From positions 1 to 49,560 of the forward strand of contig DF237577.1 in the NCBI GenBank assembly GCA_000708835.1: a stretch of 49,560 nt of DNA, in the 5' to 3' direction. The translations under genes were made by a program, and so were the position numbers. This stretch comes from Klebsormidium nitens (lineage: Eukaryota > Plantae > Klebsormidiophyceae). Shown here piece by piece: positions 33,189 through 44,700 of the stretch (the stretch's first letter is position 1; every line of letters begins with the position of its first letter). A model generated the notes under the pieces. It did no database searches. It worked only from the letters and a program-made list of their open reading frames with translations, and was not told where the DNA came from.

Positions 33189-33979
33189 GACTATTCTAGA
33201 CAGCATGCCTTGATGCTTGCGTGAGTCTTGTGCAGATACCACAGATGACAGGAGCATAATGTTGCTGTCTGACGTAGCAGCTGCATTAGATGAAGCAGAT
33301 TTCAAAGGCAAAGACCAGCTCAGCTCCCCTGGACCCATGCCCACACAGGACCAGCAATATCACTTGCGTCTGCCATGCCTCCTCCTTCAGGGACTGTAGC
33401 ACCTTTCCCCTGGTGACACCCGTCTCAGTCTGCGCAGTCCTCTGTCTTTGCCCAATCAGTGGTGGAAGCACCCACTCAGACACCGGGTACACCGCCAGGC
33501 GGCAGACCTAAAGCATTGCAGGTGTCAGGCTCCTCGATGTCCACCGGAACACACGTGTCACAAAAACATTCTGGTGGCTGCCCTACCATGTCTGCTTGTA
33601 CTACGCTCGCTTTTTCGAAGCACCCATCTTGACGCAGAAGAAAGTATCGAGCCAAGGCTTCTCTCCTCGTTCGAGTCAAAAGCCCACTCATGGATGAAGT
33701 GATTGGCAATAGCCCCGGGGGATATCACGGGCCAAACAGTGCCCGGGTAGTAACATTCGCGCAACACCATCCATATAATTATGTGAGGTGTCATGGATAT
33801 CTCAAAATCTCTACATGCGATCTGCGTACCCCCCCTTTCCCGCACAGCACCGTCGATATTCTCACGTGACGTGTCCGAAGGATCGCCGAATCTCGAACTG
33901 GTATCTTATTGGACAGGTCACGGCCATTGTCGTCCATTCCTGATTCGGAGATTCGGAGCACTGAAAGACATCTGGTTCG

Positions 33980-34690
33980 ATGAGGTATGCGTGGAGAAGT
34001 CTGGGCGGATCAGACTCCGTGTGCTCGTTTTCTCAGCAGAATGGGAGCATGGTGGCGCCTGAGCCTTGTAGGCTTCTTCTCGTCTATGGTGATGGTCATG
34101 CGTTCCGTAAGGCCAGGTTTGCGGCGTGGTTTCTGGCTTTGAAGGACCTGGACAGGCTGTTTGAGGATCCTGGCAGCAACAGAAATGTGATGCTCTTGAA
34201 GATGCGGGTGTGGGAGGAGTTGGTGTTGGCAACGCTGAGCCCCGGATTCCAGCGCGATCGTAACAGGTCTATTTATTGGGTTGTTGTGGACGAGGACTAT
34301 GGACAAAGGGCTGGGGCAGACTCGGTTGATTGGCATTCTGGGCTGCCGGAACAGGAGGCCAATGACTTTCTCCTGAAGATCATGGTAGCCCTTTTTCCAG
34401 ATTCAGAGGACGGCAATCCGGCATACCTCACGTTGTGGCTGTCCTTCCCACTCTCTCGCTCGCAACGCGAGGGGACTCTATTCAACGATATCAAGGAAGT
34501 CAGCGACAGGAAAGCGCGGAGGGATTATTCACACCATTGCCTGACCTGCAAAAAGAAGGGCGCAGTTTTACAGTGCTCCGAGTGCAAGGTCGCCTGGTTT
34601 TGTGGGAGAGAATGCGAGTGGGTTGGGTTTGACAGGCACGCAGGGGCGTGCTCTGCTTATGCAAGCTTCTTGAAGGCAGAGGCGTCCTAG
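33980..34690 (+). CDS. Intronless MYND zinc-finger protein
   Basis: Open 236-aa frame ending CLTCKKKGAVLQCSECKVAWFCGRECEWVGFDRHAGAC; true start uncertain. Confidence 0.7.
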   Translation: MRYAWRSLGGSDSVCSFSQQNGSMVAPEPCRLLLVYGDGHAFRKARFAAWFLALKDLDRLFEDPGSNRNVMLLKMRVWEELVLATLSPGFQRDRNRSIYWVVVDEDYGQRAGADSVDWHSGLPEQEANDFLLKIMVALFPDSEDGNPAYLTLWLSFPLSRSQREGTLFNDIKEVSDRKARRDYSHHCLTCKKKGAVLQCSECKVAWFCGRECEWVGFDRHAGACSAYASFLKAEAS

Positions 34691-34707
34691 ATATTCCCCT
34701 GCTCACT

Positions 34708-34944
34708 TTAAATATTTTGAAAGCACTCTGGTAGCTTGACCATCTCGGTAGTCCGAGAACCACTAACTTGTAACATTACTTTGTGTACTAATCCAGTTCC
34801 TTTCAAGATAGCAATTGTTTCAAACGCTCTGGTGATATCAGCTTGGATTTCTCCCATGGATACTGCCCAATTTACACGGCGGACGTCGAACCATATGTAT
34901 GCCACTTTTTCTGTTTCGTCAATGGTGAACGATATGCGCGACAT
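34708..34944 (-). CDS. Small hypothetical protein
   Basis: ATG 34944, MSRISFTIDETEKVAYIWFDV...; AT-richer, intronless, converging on the MYND gene. Confidence 0.4.
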   Translation of the reverse strand: MSRISFTIDETEKVAYIWFDVRRVNWAVSMGEIQADITRAFETIAILKGTGLVHKVMLQVSGSRTTEMVKLPECFQNI

Positions 34945-36023
34945 ATGTTCAATTTTGTTTGGAATAATAATGTGCCGTGAATGCAAGGATGGCAGATGTA
35001 TTGAGAACAAATGCCCAGACCCGGGTCCGCTAAGATGATGACTTCATCAATGCGCATTAGTTGACATTTTTAAACTTTCTCCTGCTTCTCCGAGTAGATA
35101 GTCCACTGGCATTACATTGTTGACACCTGAAGGCAACAGGCACATTTCAAGGCCTCATTGTGCAGTGTCTCCTGCTCTGCTTATGCCATTTTGGGTTGCT
35201 CCAAGGTTGCAACTTACTCGACAGGGCATTTCAAAATAGCCGTCGAATTAAGATTGAATTGAGGTGTATTCGCTAAGGTTTCAAACTCCTTCCATGCAGA
35301 GGGGCGTCGATTGCAAACGTAAGCGCATGGAGAAGCACGAGGAGTCGCAAGGGGGCAGGGAGCGGATGGTGTTTGTCAATCATGGGACAATCGAGGGCTC
35401 AAGATTTGTAAATCATGGATCCATGGAGGGGTGCAGTAACTGGAGGCAGGTCTTAATATCTCATTGTGGAATTTCTGGAGAATGTTTTCACTGGAGTTTG
35501 ATGGGCAGATAATACGTATGCAACTCTTGGAGCTTTGTTGTTATTATTCCTCCCAAGTGCATCTAGATCCTGCTTTGGCAACCCTCGTGATGGTTTTAAT
35601 TTCTGTCGCAAGCAGGGATGCCAAAAGATACTGTTTATGAGATAGCCCTTTCGAGCAATCCAATGGATGATGGGAATGGTGGGGCCAAGCCTTAATCAAA
35701 CATGTTGATTGATTCTTGCCTTCGTTCTTAAACAACTGCTGTAATCCCTACACTCAAGATGTCTTCAGCACTTCTGCAGTTGGCCATCCAAAGATGTGGC
35801 CCCTGGCACGAAGAGAGGATTGCAAGAGGAATCCACTGTTAAGGGGGCCACATGAACTGTCGTGTGCCAGAACACTCAACATACCCATTGATAACCTTAA
35901 CTGCGTCGTTGGCCAAACAATCTGTTTCAGAGATATCCATTCTCGAAGAAGTATGTTGCGCATCCAAGGAAAATACAGGGTCTCTGCCAAACCTTAAACA
36001 ACGGTGTCATCCATGTTTTGCAG

Positions 36024-37961
36024 GACCGCACCAAACTCGTATTTCCACTCGGCGTCACCCCAGTCATCCAACTCTGCTGCCGCTCGACGAGCAGGGGTCT
36101 ACGAAGATGAGGAGACCGCCGCTGCGCCGCCCAAGCGAGCCCGCACGCACAGCCAGGTGAGCGGAAGTAGGACTTTAAGAGCAGCTTCTTGCTCGATGGC
36201 CAAGTTCTGGCAGGCGATGCCACTGCTTTTGCACCTCGTCGTTGAAGTCTTCAGGCACCCTCGAGTTCCCTGGTCTTTCCTGGCACACACTTATCTTTGA
36301 ATGGACTGTTAAAGGAGCAGCCTTATGCTCGGAAATGTCCTGTTTGTGTAGCACATTATGGCTGATGGCTGATGTCCGGACTCATCGGAAGCCCTTCCAG
36401 ACATACGTTTACAATTGGTAGGAATCATCTCCTTTATGCACTTTACCAAGACTTACGCTTGCTCGGATCTGCGGCTTTGAAGGAGTCTAGAAGGTTCTTC
36501 TGAACTTTCAGTACCTGACTGGAGAACGTTGCAACTATTGAGCACTGGACCAAGTCGAAGCCAGTGCAATCTGGAAGTGTCGACCTGTTAGCCTGACACC
36601 TTTCAACTTTACTAGCATTACTTAGGGTTAACAAATTTTCTTTGGCAAGTCCGTGAGCTCTCCTGGCCTTTCAAGCACCGCAGAGGCCACTCCGAAACCT
36701 GCTCATTTTATCGGGCCCCTCTCAGACACGTGGCACATCTGACACCCTTCACAACTTCCTCTTTCAGGACGCCTCAAACCCAAGTGAGGCCCAGCCCAAC
36801 CCCTCCCTCAGATCTGTCGCAAAGGACAAGCCGGCCATGCAGGCGCCTCGCGTCTCCTCAGACCCCCGGGGCATCCTCACCGAGTGCTCCCCCAACCTCA
36901 GTAACCCCAATAGCCACGCGCCAGCAAACGAGAAAGATGCGTTAGCCGCAGCGCTCGAGGCTGCAAAGCGCGCAGCTGACGCCGCCGATGACCGCATGAC
37001 GGCTGCCGAAGCGGAGGCAAAGAAGTGGGAGGAGGCAGAGCGGCAAGCGGCAAAAGGGGGGAATAGCGGAAGGCCGCGAGGGAGGCCAAGCGGGAGGCGT
37101 GGGAGAAGAGTAATTGCGCGGAAGCCGAGTACGTTGAAGCTGAGGCGCAGGTCAAGGAGCTGATGAGAAAGGTGAGCACAGCAAGCAGTGGGTGTGGCAG
37201 GACTTGTGTGTCAAATTTAGCCGCAATGATTGGAAGACTGGTTCTAAAAGGTGCTTTGTAAGTTATCTTCTTAGTGTACAAGGCCATACGCAACCTTATA
37301 ACTTGCTTGGCTTGTCGGAAGATGATGGTTGAGGTCTGCAGAAGACGCTGCGTGATACCAGGTTTTGGTGAACCGAGGTTTGCAATGGGATGTTTGCTGG
37401 ACGAGGACAAAACCCTTAAAGTAATCTCTGCTTTTTAATTTTGCTACTTTATGAGAATCGCTATATAAATGGTTTGTTGGAAACATATGAGTCTGGCATA
37501 ATTGGAAAACGACTACCAGAGTAAGTGCTTCGTTGAGTGCATTGCATCACCCCCAGGCATCCTCAATTGCTCTGAATCTGCCAACCTATGTCTTCCTCTC
37601 TGCTTTTATCAATAAACTATTGGCGTATTGCGATGGACCTGATTCGAAAGCGGAGATTTTTTGGACGGTGACAAGAAGACCGAAATCAATCAGTTGTCGT
37701 GCCATCCAAATTTCCGTTTAGCGACTTCTGCTTAGCCCCTGCATCCGGCGCACGGAAGTAACCCTGTCCCTGCTTATGTCCCACAGGTCCACGGACGCCG
37801 TGGCTCAAGCACTGTCGGTGGCGCTTCGTCTCTCCCAATCGGCGCGTCGCCACAGCAGGGCGCACCCGCCTATGGGGCCGCCAGCACTGCGCAGCAGTCC
37901 GCAGGGTCAACGAGCGTTCGCGGCGAGAGCTTGGGGGCAGACAGGGACGTGGCTGGTCCGG
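36024..37961 (+). pseudogene. Host-type exons (about 36024-36156, 36769-37170, 37788-37961) encoding low-complexity/coiled-coil sequence; probably damaged
   Basis: GC-rich segments with AG acceptors and GTGAG donors. The coiled-coil exon needs a frameshift at the G6 run (~37047) and has a TAG. Confidence 0.4.
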
Positions 37962-38724
37962 TGAGAGACGCAGTCCAGGCTTTCTCCTCAGGCTTTGCTT
38001 CGCATCTTCGGCCAGCGCTTCTTTTACGGCTGCTTCTTTCCCAGATATTGTTGACTTGCGTTCCAGGGTTTTTTGTCAAGGCGTTACCCGTGCAAAAGGC
38101 AGTTATCTGTCTGTCGAGCTTAAAAGTCTACTTGATGCGCAGCGTGTGCGATTGACGAAGGTCTGACTTTCCGAACCTGGCAAAACCTTCAGCATGTGTC
38201 TGTTTTCAGCCGAAATATTCATTAGAAAGTTCTGACATGGAAGTAAAAGGTGTTGAGTTCGAAGAGGAACTTTCAGTATGAGCAAGGTGCTTGTCTGAAG
38301 GCCTGATCGGCCAAAGGGAACGACCTCTAGTCAATTCAAGGGGTGAGTACTCTTAGAGTAATTCAGAGGTGGAACCGACAGAGCTCATGTTCAGGGTGCG
38401 TAGTTTGTTTTGCAGCCATCTCCTCAGCCGCTAGTTGTGTCAGCATAACTGCTTATCTTGGGCGTCGCTACCTAAAACCGTAATCTTCTTTTCTGCAAAT
38501 TGCTTGGGACGATACCCAAAAGTCTGCAGTGCGTCAGGCATCCCGCCCCAATCGCTACACCTTGCAACTGCATGTCAAAAATTCTGAAAATCGCTCGTCT
38601 ACATCATCGATACTTGCAAGGACCAGTTCTTTGTGCTGCCAGCTCTCCCCACGAAACGACGAGCGTGAAGCCCCGAGTGTACGCGGTTTGTCAGCTCTTG
38701 ACGGACGGTCTTCCTTCTGTTCAG

Positions 38725-41700
38725 GTGGACGTTCCTCCAACCTCCCGCCCAGAGCCCAGTCAACCAGCGCAGCCGCACACCAGCTATTCCCATCTTGAAG
38801 GCCGCCGCCCCCTGAAGCCTCGGACGAGCTCTCTGGCAGCGGAGCCGTCCACCGCTCTCCCGACCAAGAAGAGCCACAGCGCCGATGTCCCACCACATCT
38901 GTGGAATCCTCACCCCCCGAGCGCGCCTCTCGCTTCTTCCGACCTCCAAAGAGAGATGGTTCCCGTTGAAGACGTGCCGTCGTGGTCAGTTATGCACCCC
39001 GGGCGCCCCGTCTCAAACCCCCAGGCACCATCGCTGACCACTTCGTCCGGAAGCTTTTCCCTGAAAAACGTCGACTGCGGCCCCGACGTGCATCCCCTCA
39101 TCTGCAACCCTGACGCGCCCAGCCCCGGTCACTCTCTCGGCTCGGAAGGAAGCGACGCCAGCATGCAAAAGCCCCCGCTCCTCCTAGAGCATCGCCTGAC
39201 GTCACCTCAGTCTGACAGCAGCACCGAGAAGGGGCGGGCGAGCGCTTGGCGCAAGAGCGGGGGCGGCGCCTGCGACGTGGAGTTGCAACTCGCGCGGTAC
39301 GTCAAACCTCTCCAAAACGACCGGCAATGGTACAACAGGAGCAGCAGTGACATGGACCCCACGCCGTTGCCCGCGAACGACGGCCGCTCGATGAGCCACG
39401 TGGCAGCGTGGGGAGCGCCGGAGCACCTGGGGCGCAAGCGGCGCCGGAGCTCGGTGAGTCGGCCGCTGGAGCCGGTGGCAGAGGAGGAACTAGAGGAGGG
39501 GGAAATCCGCGACGACGGCGTGGAAGGAGGGGCCGATGTGCTGGCAGCGACTGCAGGGAGCGTGGGATCCATCGAGACGCACGCCAAGGTAAGGGGAACC
39601 GCGCTGAACGATGCTTGAAATGCGTTGAGGCTGAAAATCGAGTAAAAGGGATGTAAAGTGCGGCTCTGATGTGAATGAGGCGCCGTCATGTCTGAATGCA
39701 AGTGGCTAAGTTGCACACGGGGCCACCTCTGCTGCCTCGGCCCCAGCCTTTGCCTCAATCAAAATAGGTCGGGCTCTTTGTCAGTAAAAGCTGATTGGCT
39801 GCGAAACAGAAAGTGGCCGTGGCTGCGCTTCGCAATGGACTCAAAACCCCTAGCGAACAAATCTTATGATGCGTTTTATGCCCCTGATTCGTTTTATGCT
39901 CCTGACAATCAGCGACGCGATCCCTACTTATATCAAATGCCTCGTTATGTCTGTTCAGGCTGCCGTCTGAAAAGACGCCCCCGGTGAAGCCAAAGTAAAC
40001 TCTTCGCAAGTGGTAATGCCTGTTTTACAGCCAACACTTCTTTCTAATAACTTGCACTTGTATTTCAGTTGGGCGCCGGCTTCATCATCCCGGGACAACG
40101 ATTTAGGCCCGAGGACGTCCCCGTGCAGAACCGCCGCGCGCCACGCGCCCCCCTGCCCCATCAACCGCTTGTCCTTGGATCGCCGCTCCCCAAGTCCTCC
40201 CCCCTGAAGCCCAGCGCAACATCTCTCAACCAACCCCTTCTCCTCACTTACGCGAGTGAGGCACAAGGCGCGCCCGCACTAAGTCTCCTGGGCGGGGGCG
40301 GCATCGGATCCTGGAAGAGTACGACCGATTGGGCACAGCCGATGACGGGACGTACAGCGGGGTTCGGCAGGAAGCGGGAGGAGTCGGCTGGTGACCCCGG
40401 GAGCATTGGGGAAGCGGTCGGCGGGGCGGCAAAGATCACCTACTCAAGCTTCAGCCTGGCGCAAGTGCAACGAGAGCAAGTGGAAAGCGACGATTTACCG
40501 TCCGAGCTGCACCTGCGACGCCGGAACGCAATTGAGTGGTGGGCCGAGAATCCGCTGGCGGACGAACCGGAGGAGGGGGAGTTTCAGGCTGGCAAGGTGG
40601 ACGAGCGCATTTTCCCGCTGACTGTGGTGGCTGCCCAAGCGGAGCAGAGCGTGGTCCAGACAAAGGTAAGCGGAACGAACGACGATTCCGCTTGCTCCGA
40701 TGACGAATACACGGAAAAAGATGCTTCCGACACGAACAGCAGCCTAAGCAGAGAATCCTCTCAACGTTACGTCGGGAAAGGACCCCAAGGAAAAAGACGC
40801 TTTTGTACGCCTGCAATTTGGGGGTGTGGGCAGAGAGTCTCAAAAAGCTGGCGAATCTTGAGCTAAGTGTGATCTGCACGGAGCTGGCAGCTGCAATCAG
40901 GACTGTTTTCGCTCCGGCTGTCTCTCTGAGGTACATCTTGCTCGCTGTGTCTCTCTCTGTCCGGCTCTGTCGCTAGGCTGGCGGTGTGGATCTTGTAGTA
41001 GTCCGAAGGATGACGTCTTTATTTACGATTCTCGCGGTCCTTAAACTCATTGTCATTTGATTGGACAGTATTGATGCGGTCGGGGACACCGTATACGCAA
41101 ATCCGGACATCCCGTCCACCAATCTTCATCTGGTGAGGTTCTGAAAGGCTCCATACCAGAAGCGCGCTTCACGGACTCTGCTTTCGCAAATCTGAACTCG
41201 CTCAGCATCGGTTCTTCTGTGCTCAAATATGTTGGGGATATCTGGTGGCAATCATCTGAGTTGCATTGTACCTCTGATCAACGCCTCCGCTTGTCGCGCT
41301 GGTTCTCAACATCCTGATGAAGTTGCGGTCGCAAAAACATGAGCCCGCTCTGCCGCATCTCTCTTTGCAGATGCACCGCGGTAACGACGTCGTCCAGAGC
41401 TTTGCCGGGCGTGGGCTAGCGGCAGCCTCAGATATCTTGACGCCCTTCACCTACAAGGTAAGCTTGTAAAGCGAGAAAGACGAACTGCTCATTCACAGAA
41501 TTGTCTATTTACCGCAGGTATAGAAACACTCAAAAGTCTCCTTCTGTGCCTTTGCTGTTCTCAGTCCCGGTTGCAACAAGAAAGCGGTCGCTTCGTATCG
41601 AAGCTTCTCTCGGTGTCTGCTCTTGTTGTGCGCTATCGGTAGATCGCTGGCCTTCATCTCGGCCACTGCCAAAACGTCTGTACTTCTCGAATTCAGAATC

Positions 41701-44700
41701 CTTCGTCGAAGTCGGGGTATGCAATGGAAGGCTAGCACGAAGTTGACCGTCGCTTGGCGAATTATGGTGTTGGAGAGCATTTTAGGAGACATGATCCCAA
41801 AAGCAATTGTCGTCTTTTGGCCCGCTCAACCTCTAGGGGAATCTAACTAAGATGAGTACTGTGGCGCAGACTCCAGACGTTCTCGACGCGCCCATCATCC
41901 GCCAGTACACTGGCAATGGACTCACCTCTGCAGCCGCAAGGTTAGCGATCTGACTCCAAAAATTCTGCGCACAAAGAAAGACATGTTGCAATCGGAAACA
42001 GTGTCTCTCGCCAGGGAAGTGCGAGAATGGTCTGCCCAATGTCTCAATGACCGGGTTTGGTCTTGAAGATGAAGGGTCACACTCATGGTTTGTTGGTTAG
42101 CGATCTTTTCTTGGATCAATGTAACGGGACTTTGGTTTCCACTCCAGTACCGTATGGAATTTAGAGTCCTGCCACCCGACACCAACTCGGCGACCGCTCT
42201 GCAAGAACCGTGCATCACTCGCTTGATTGCTTTCTAACTCACACATTATCTGACTCTTTGCTGTTCCACAGTGCTCCGCGTGGCCAGCATACTACCGCTC
42301 TGGAGAAGCCCGTGGACAGTGGAGACTTGCTCGCCTTCAACCCCGCTTCCACCCCAACGCAGCCGCCAAAGGCCGATCCAGTCGCCGAGAAAGCGCCAGA
42401 GGATGCTTCAAAGGTACGTTTTGGGCGCAACGAAAATCGGACTGCGTCAGCAGCTGACGTCAGCTTATGCTGGACCACATTGTGGTGACGTCAGCTCTGT
42501 TTTGGGCGCCAAGAAGATTGGACTGCGTCAGCAGCTGACGTCAGCTTATGCTGGAACACATTGTGTTGACGTCAGCTCTTGAAGGCCGGCATCACAGCCG
42601 TCGCTGACGTCACGTAGTTGGCGATGCGCGTGACTGAAACAGCTGCTGATCGCCGTGCGATGACTAGCTAGTTTGTATGCCTTGCACTGCCGCTGCTCTG
42701 GATTGAAACCTGAAGCAATTGTCGACCCGCTCCTTTATCTTTAAATCACACCTGCGTCGCCAGCTTTCGCTCGTACAAACAAGTGATTCTGCTGTTTCGC
42801 GTCTTGCTCGCGAGACTCGTACTATTTCGAAAGCCTAAACTGAGTCTCGTTTCTTGTGCCCCAGGTTCCGTCGCAGCCAATCCCTCCGAAGCGAGTTTCT
42901 TCCCTCATCGACCGCGGCGCATTGTCCCGGAGCCGCCTCCTCTACGCATCTCAGAAGCTGAAGGGCGACACGGCCGCCATCATGACGTCAGAGAGTGCTA
43001 CAGTGGTATGTTCCGAAAGCTCCGGACTCGATGACGTCACGAGCTGACGCCATCTGTGGTCGTTTGTTGGACCTTTCTGACGTCTCCTTGCGGCAGAATG
43101 GAAATTAGTCGGTTGCTGACGTCAGGATGAGACCGCAAGGGCCAGCGTTTTGCCACGAGTTGGTCCGATCTGTTCGCCGACACCGACAGTTGGACGGACA
43201 AGCCTCACCTGAATTTAAGGAATCTCTGGACCTTTATGGCGCTCTTCGGCCGTAACACGATTGTTCCCTGTCTGGCTGTGGTTTATCCTTCCAAGCAGCT
43301 CATGACTTCTTCGAGAAAATATTCGACCACAAACGCTGGTCAGCTTGACTATGCAACCCTGGTCGGGTGCCTGAAAAGTTGAAGGGCGGCACTTATCCAA
43401 TGGTCTGATTTTGCGTAGCAATCAGTACTGTATCACCTGTATTTTTCTCAGCAGCGTCTTTTGATTCCGACCAATCACTCGAATCTAATCGTGTTGATGC
43501 AGGCTCAGCACTCCACGGCCAAGGATGGAAAGCAGAAAACGGAGAGCAAGCTCAAAGCCAGCGGTTTCCTCCACAAACTCAACTTTGACAAGTGAGTAAG
43601 AGAGGAGCCAGCGGTAGCGCGCGCCTCACAGCCCTGACAGCTCTTCGAACCGATCAACTTGGTTGACGCCCATTCCAGCCTTAGTGCGTCACAAAAGAAG
43701 GCGCAGAGCAAAGTCCACCCTCTGCTCTGCCTTGCGGCCTCCACTTTTCTTGCAGGCAAAATGAATTCAGCTGCAGTGGTGTCTTTCCTAACCTGCCAAC
43801 CTTCCAACTGGCGGAAGGCCGTGGTGTCGCTTTGCATCTCACTCGCAATTCTTGCTTTTCGTCTTTGTAGGGGCGACCACGGCCAGAAGAATCCGTCCAT
43901 CGCAGCACCCCTCCCCAAGCAACGTGCACGGCCCCGCCAGGCTGCTTCCCTATTCGCCAAGTTCCAGGAAGGGCCGGAGAAGGCGGCTCAGGACGCTGCT
44001 GAGGTGGGTTTGGCAGATTAGTAGGGGACAACAAGCTTGATTGCCAGTTTGCTTCCCTTTAGATAAATGAGGGCATACTTTCGTGATAGCTCTGGGTTCG
44101 TCGAGTTTCATGTCTGGGCGAGTGCAGGTATAGTAATGTTCCTTTACAATAGGCATGTTCTGCTTGTGAAGGCAAGTGACAATTTCCGGTTCGTTCGACC
44201 GGACCAGACCTTGTGTGAGAACCCGTAATTTCATGACACGTGGCCTGTCTGAGCGTGACTTTCATTCCGATTGCTGGTCTTACAATCCGTGCGCAGCTGC
44301 CAAGTCTGAAACGCCCCTGCAAAAAGCACATTGACAACCAGGCTGGCAGAGAACCCTTGAAAGTGAAACATTGAGCATCAGCCGTCGTCTCTATCCAGTA
44401 TCTGATCTTACTCGATCGACAATCGTAAGTGCGAGATACATTTGACGAGATCTTGATCCACTCGCATGTTCTCGCAGGAGACCTCGCCGACCAAAGCCTC
44501 CGCACCGGTTTCCAGTTCCGTCGCAGTCTCTGCTGGCTCAGGTGTCGCTGTACTTGCCGCGTACGGAATTCTGGGTGCTAAGCACGAGAAGGTGAGCGCA
44601 GGCGTTTAATATTTAGTTCCTCGGGCACAACGCTTCCAGAGTTAGCTCGTTTCGCCTTCACGGCCTCTCCTGCTGCAAGTTTCTGTTTTCTTTTGAACCC

